A stretch of 64,000 nucleotides of DNA from Podarcis erhardii. Its lineage: Eukaryota. The position numbers were made by a program, and so were the translations under genes. Shown one piece after another: positions 61,400 through 64,000 of this stretch (positions are counted from its first letter, which is position 1; each line of letters begins with the position of its first letter). The notes beneath the pieces were generated by a model that saw nothing but the letters and a program-made list of their open reading frames with translations, did not search any database and had not been told where the DNA came from. The stretch lies in the NCBI GenBank assembly GCA_964252035.1, contig OZ176207.1. The stretch is one strand, 5' to 3'.

Positions 61400-62550
61400 A
61401 GTGGTCTAGAGAGTGGTGCTAGTTCAGTGAAATTCTCCTGGATGAAATGGGTTATCTAAACCCATTTCAGCCTGGCTTCAGTCTTGGTTGCAGAGCCGCT
61501 ACTAGAGAGTAACACTGGGGGACTTCTGCGGGCCCCATGGTGGCTATGCTGTAGGGTCCACACAAGGTTCTATTTGTCTCCCATGCTTTTAAACATTTAC
61601 AGTGGTACCTCAGGTTACATACGCTTCAGGTTACATACGCTTCAGGTTACAGACCCCACTAACCCAGAAATAGTGCTTCAGGTTAAGAACTTTGCTTCAG
61701 GATGGGAACAGAAATCGAGTGGTGCTTCAGGTTAAGAACAGTTTCAGGTTCAGAATGGACCTCTGGAACGAATTAAGTACTTAACCTGAGGTACCACTGT
61801 ATACAAAACTATTGGAAGGTTTGGAGTGCAGTTTCACCAGTATATGGATGACACACAACTCACTCCTTAGAATCTGCCTGCTCTCAATGGGGTTACACTG
61901 AAGGAGAGGTATGCAGCTTGGGGATACTTCTGAATCCTTTGCTGTCGCTTGAGCTCAGGTGGCCTCAGTGATGCAAAGTGCTTTCCACCAGCTTCAGCTG
62001 GTGACCCAGCTATCTGGACAGGGACAGCCTAACAGTGTTGTCTATGCTCTGGTAACTTCTGTGTTAAATTACTGCAATGTGTTATACGTACGGCTGCCTC
62101 TGAAGACGTTTCGGAAACTTCAGCCGGTGCAGAATTCGGCAGCTAGGTTGTTCATTGGGGCAAGAAAGTTTGAGCCTATTACACCAATCATGGCCCAACT
62201 GCACTCCCTGCCAATTAGTTGCTGGGTCCAATTCAAGGTGCTAGCTTTGACCTATAAAGCCCTAAATGGCTCAGGGCCACCATACCCTTAAGGACCACCT
62301 CTCTCCATATAAACCTACTCACACTTGGACCCTCATAATCTGAGGGCCTTCTTCATGTGCCTCCTCCATGAGAGGTCTGGATGGTGGCAACACAAGTATT
62401 TATTTACTACTTGTTATTTATGAGTTATATTTATATACCGCCACTCATCAAAAGATCTCAGGGCAGTTCACAAGATCTCAGTAGCTCCCTGTTTGTGGAA
62501 TGCTCTCCCCAGGGAGGTTTGACTGGCACCTTCATTGTACACCTTTAGGC
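61400..62550 (+). mobile_element. Old L2 LINE interrupted by a MITE
   Basis: ORF 61959-62291 VYALVTSVLNYCNVLYVRLPLK..QNSAARL is homologous to the 32260 ORF; degraded YADD region at 61840. Confidence 0.85.
61600..61799. mobile_element. Tc1/mariner MITE nested in an L2 RT
   Basis: TIR cagtggtacctcaggtta / taacctgaggtaccactg, TA duplication, internal gcttcaggtta repeats. Confidence 0.9.
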
Positions 62551-64000
62551 ACCAGACCTAAAGCTGGCCATGATCAAACAGAGACATCAATGTGATATAC
62601 ACATTAATCTAGATGCATGTATGCACCTATCAATGTGAATACCTCCTATGCTGGATGATTATGGACAAATTTCTAAACAGTGGCACAAACAGATTTCCAC
62701 TGTCATTAAACATTATAAATGTAGAAGGTGACACACACATTAAAATTTCCAAGTGGGCTTTAAGAATATTATAGTTCTGGTGCATTAACAGACACAGCTA
62801 GAGATGGAGCAAACTCTTTTCTGCCAAGACTGAACATATAGGCTACTTTAAATTTGTCAATGCCATATTCCTGTACTGAAACGTATTGATCACAGCAAAA
62901 AGTATGAGAAAATATAGAATTTGTAACTATTTGCCGATTCTGAAATGCAGCTGTGCTTTTTGTCTTCGAAAATACAGCTATGAAGTTGAAAAGAACAGCC
63001 AATTCCACAGCACATGAAACAAACCGGAGTTGAGCAGGCAGTGTGTATAACTCTGACTTTGTACTTGTAAACATCCTTTCCACACTGAGCCCTCTGGGAC
63101 AGTCAAAGAATTCAGTGAATGAACTACTTGAAATAAATAAAGAACACTTGACTTGGCATGCAGTACTTCTAACTGATTAAAAATAAGTATGACTGTTCTT
63201 TAGCTTTCCACTTTAAAAATGCTGTGGTAGTAGCAGTAAATTTTAATGTTATTAAAACCTTATAATCCCTGCACGCACACATAGCTTGTTAAAAATCTTT
63301 AAACCCCACCTATTTCAAGCCTGGAAATTTTATAACAATCTAGTGAATCCCAGAAAATAATGGGAGGTGCAAACTGCGTGTGCCTCATTCAGAAATGTCT
63401 GGAAATTGTCAGCAATTCTATTCTATGGATGCAGCTACAAATGTTTTTTAAAGATAAGGATGGGTAGACTTTGCAATTTCAGGGATTTATGAAGCCACCT
63501 CTAATTGGGCTTTACAGGTTATGAAAGTAACGCAGTAGTTATTGTGGGTCCAAGTTACCATGAAAAGCATTTACCAAACCTTAAACACCTCAAAACCCAT
63601 TATAAATTTATCCTCAGAAAGGAAAGATGGTCAGTACACAAAAATGAGAAAGTTTTATGGAAAGTAAACTACACTAAGCAATAGCAGGTGCAATCAGTTG
63701 AGGTAAGTACTGAAGTATATTTGGTATGTCAGAAAACAAGTAATTACGGCAAACACAAATACAAAGTCTGGAGACGTGATCAACTTGATTTAACCATTAA
63801 TCACCCAAACTTAATTTATATCTGTCTGGATTAAAACTTTAAAGTAGATATTTTAAAGCCATGCAACCTAGGGAGAAGCTTTACCTACATTGCTAGCGTA
63901 TGTTCATCATTGTGTCCATATGGGGGCAGTAACGTTTAAGAAAAATAATAACTGTACTATAGTTACCTTAATTATTTGTTCAGAAAACTGCCTTGGGTTT

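Noticed and set aside
63067-63077. tgtaaacatcc, identical to the 5' end of miR-30
   Set aside because: The rest of the mature sequence does not match, and there is no complementary arm nearby to form a hairpin.
62769-63083. 104-codon minus-strand ORF
   Set aside because: There is no ATG start, no similarity to VPS13B or any protein I recognise, and no convincing splice pair.

Overview
This is eukaryotic DNA from a squamate reptile, probably a lacertid lizard (Sauria/Squam1 and Squam3B-type SINEs, BovB, squamate L2). It lies inside the large VPS13B (COH1) gene on the minus strand. I mapped 11 coding exons by hand, running 57616 -> 3289. All have GT-AG boundaries and consistent phases. They include a homologous pair of mutually exclusive exons (67 nt and 142 nt). 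Numbering them as human exons ~20-29 is from memory. The introns hold many transposons: Tc1/mariner and hAT MITEs, L2, CR1, BovB, an RTEX-like LINE and SINEs. The most unusual signal is a young Penelope-like (GIY-YIG) family present at six loci. Its terminal repeat carries a minimal hammerhead ribozyme (GUAU-CUGAAGA-stem II-GAAAG-CUC/AUAC). Several copies have collapsed into 130-250 bp fold-back elements with 12-14 bp target-site duplications. Four of the six loci break at the ribozyme 5' boundary. A hAT MITE carrying TTAGGG repeats is also present. There are no CRISPR arrays, rRNA/tRNA genes or prokaryotic systems, and most ORF-track entries are spurious. There are three N gaps. All homology calls come from recognition, not database searches.
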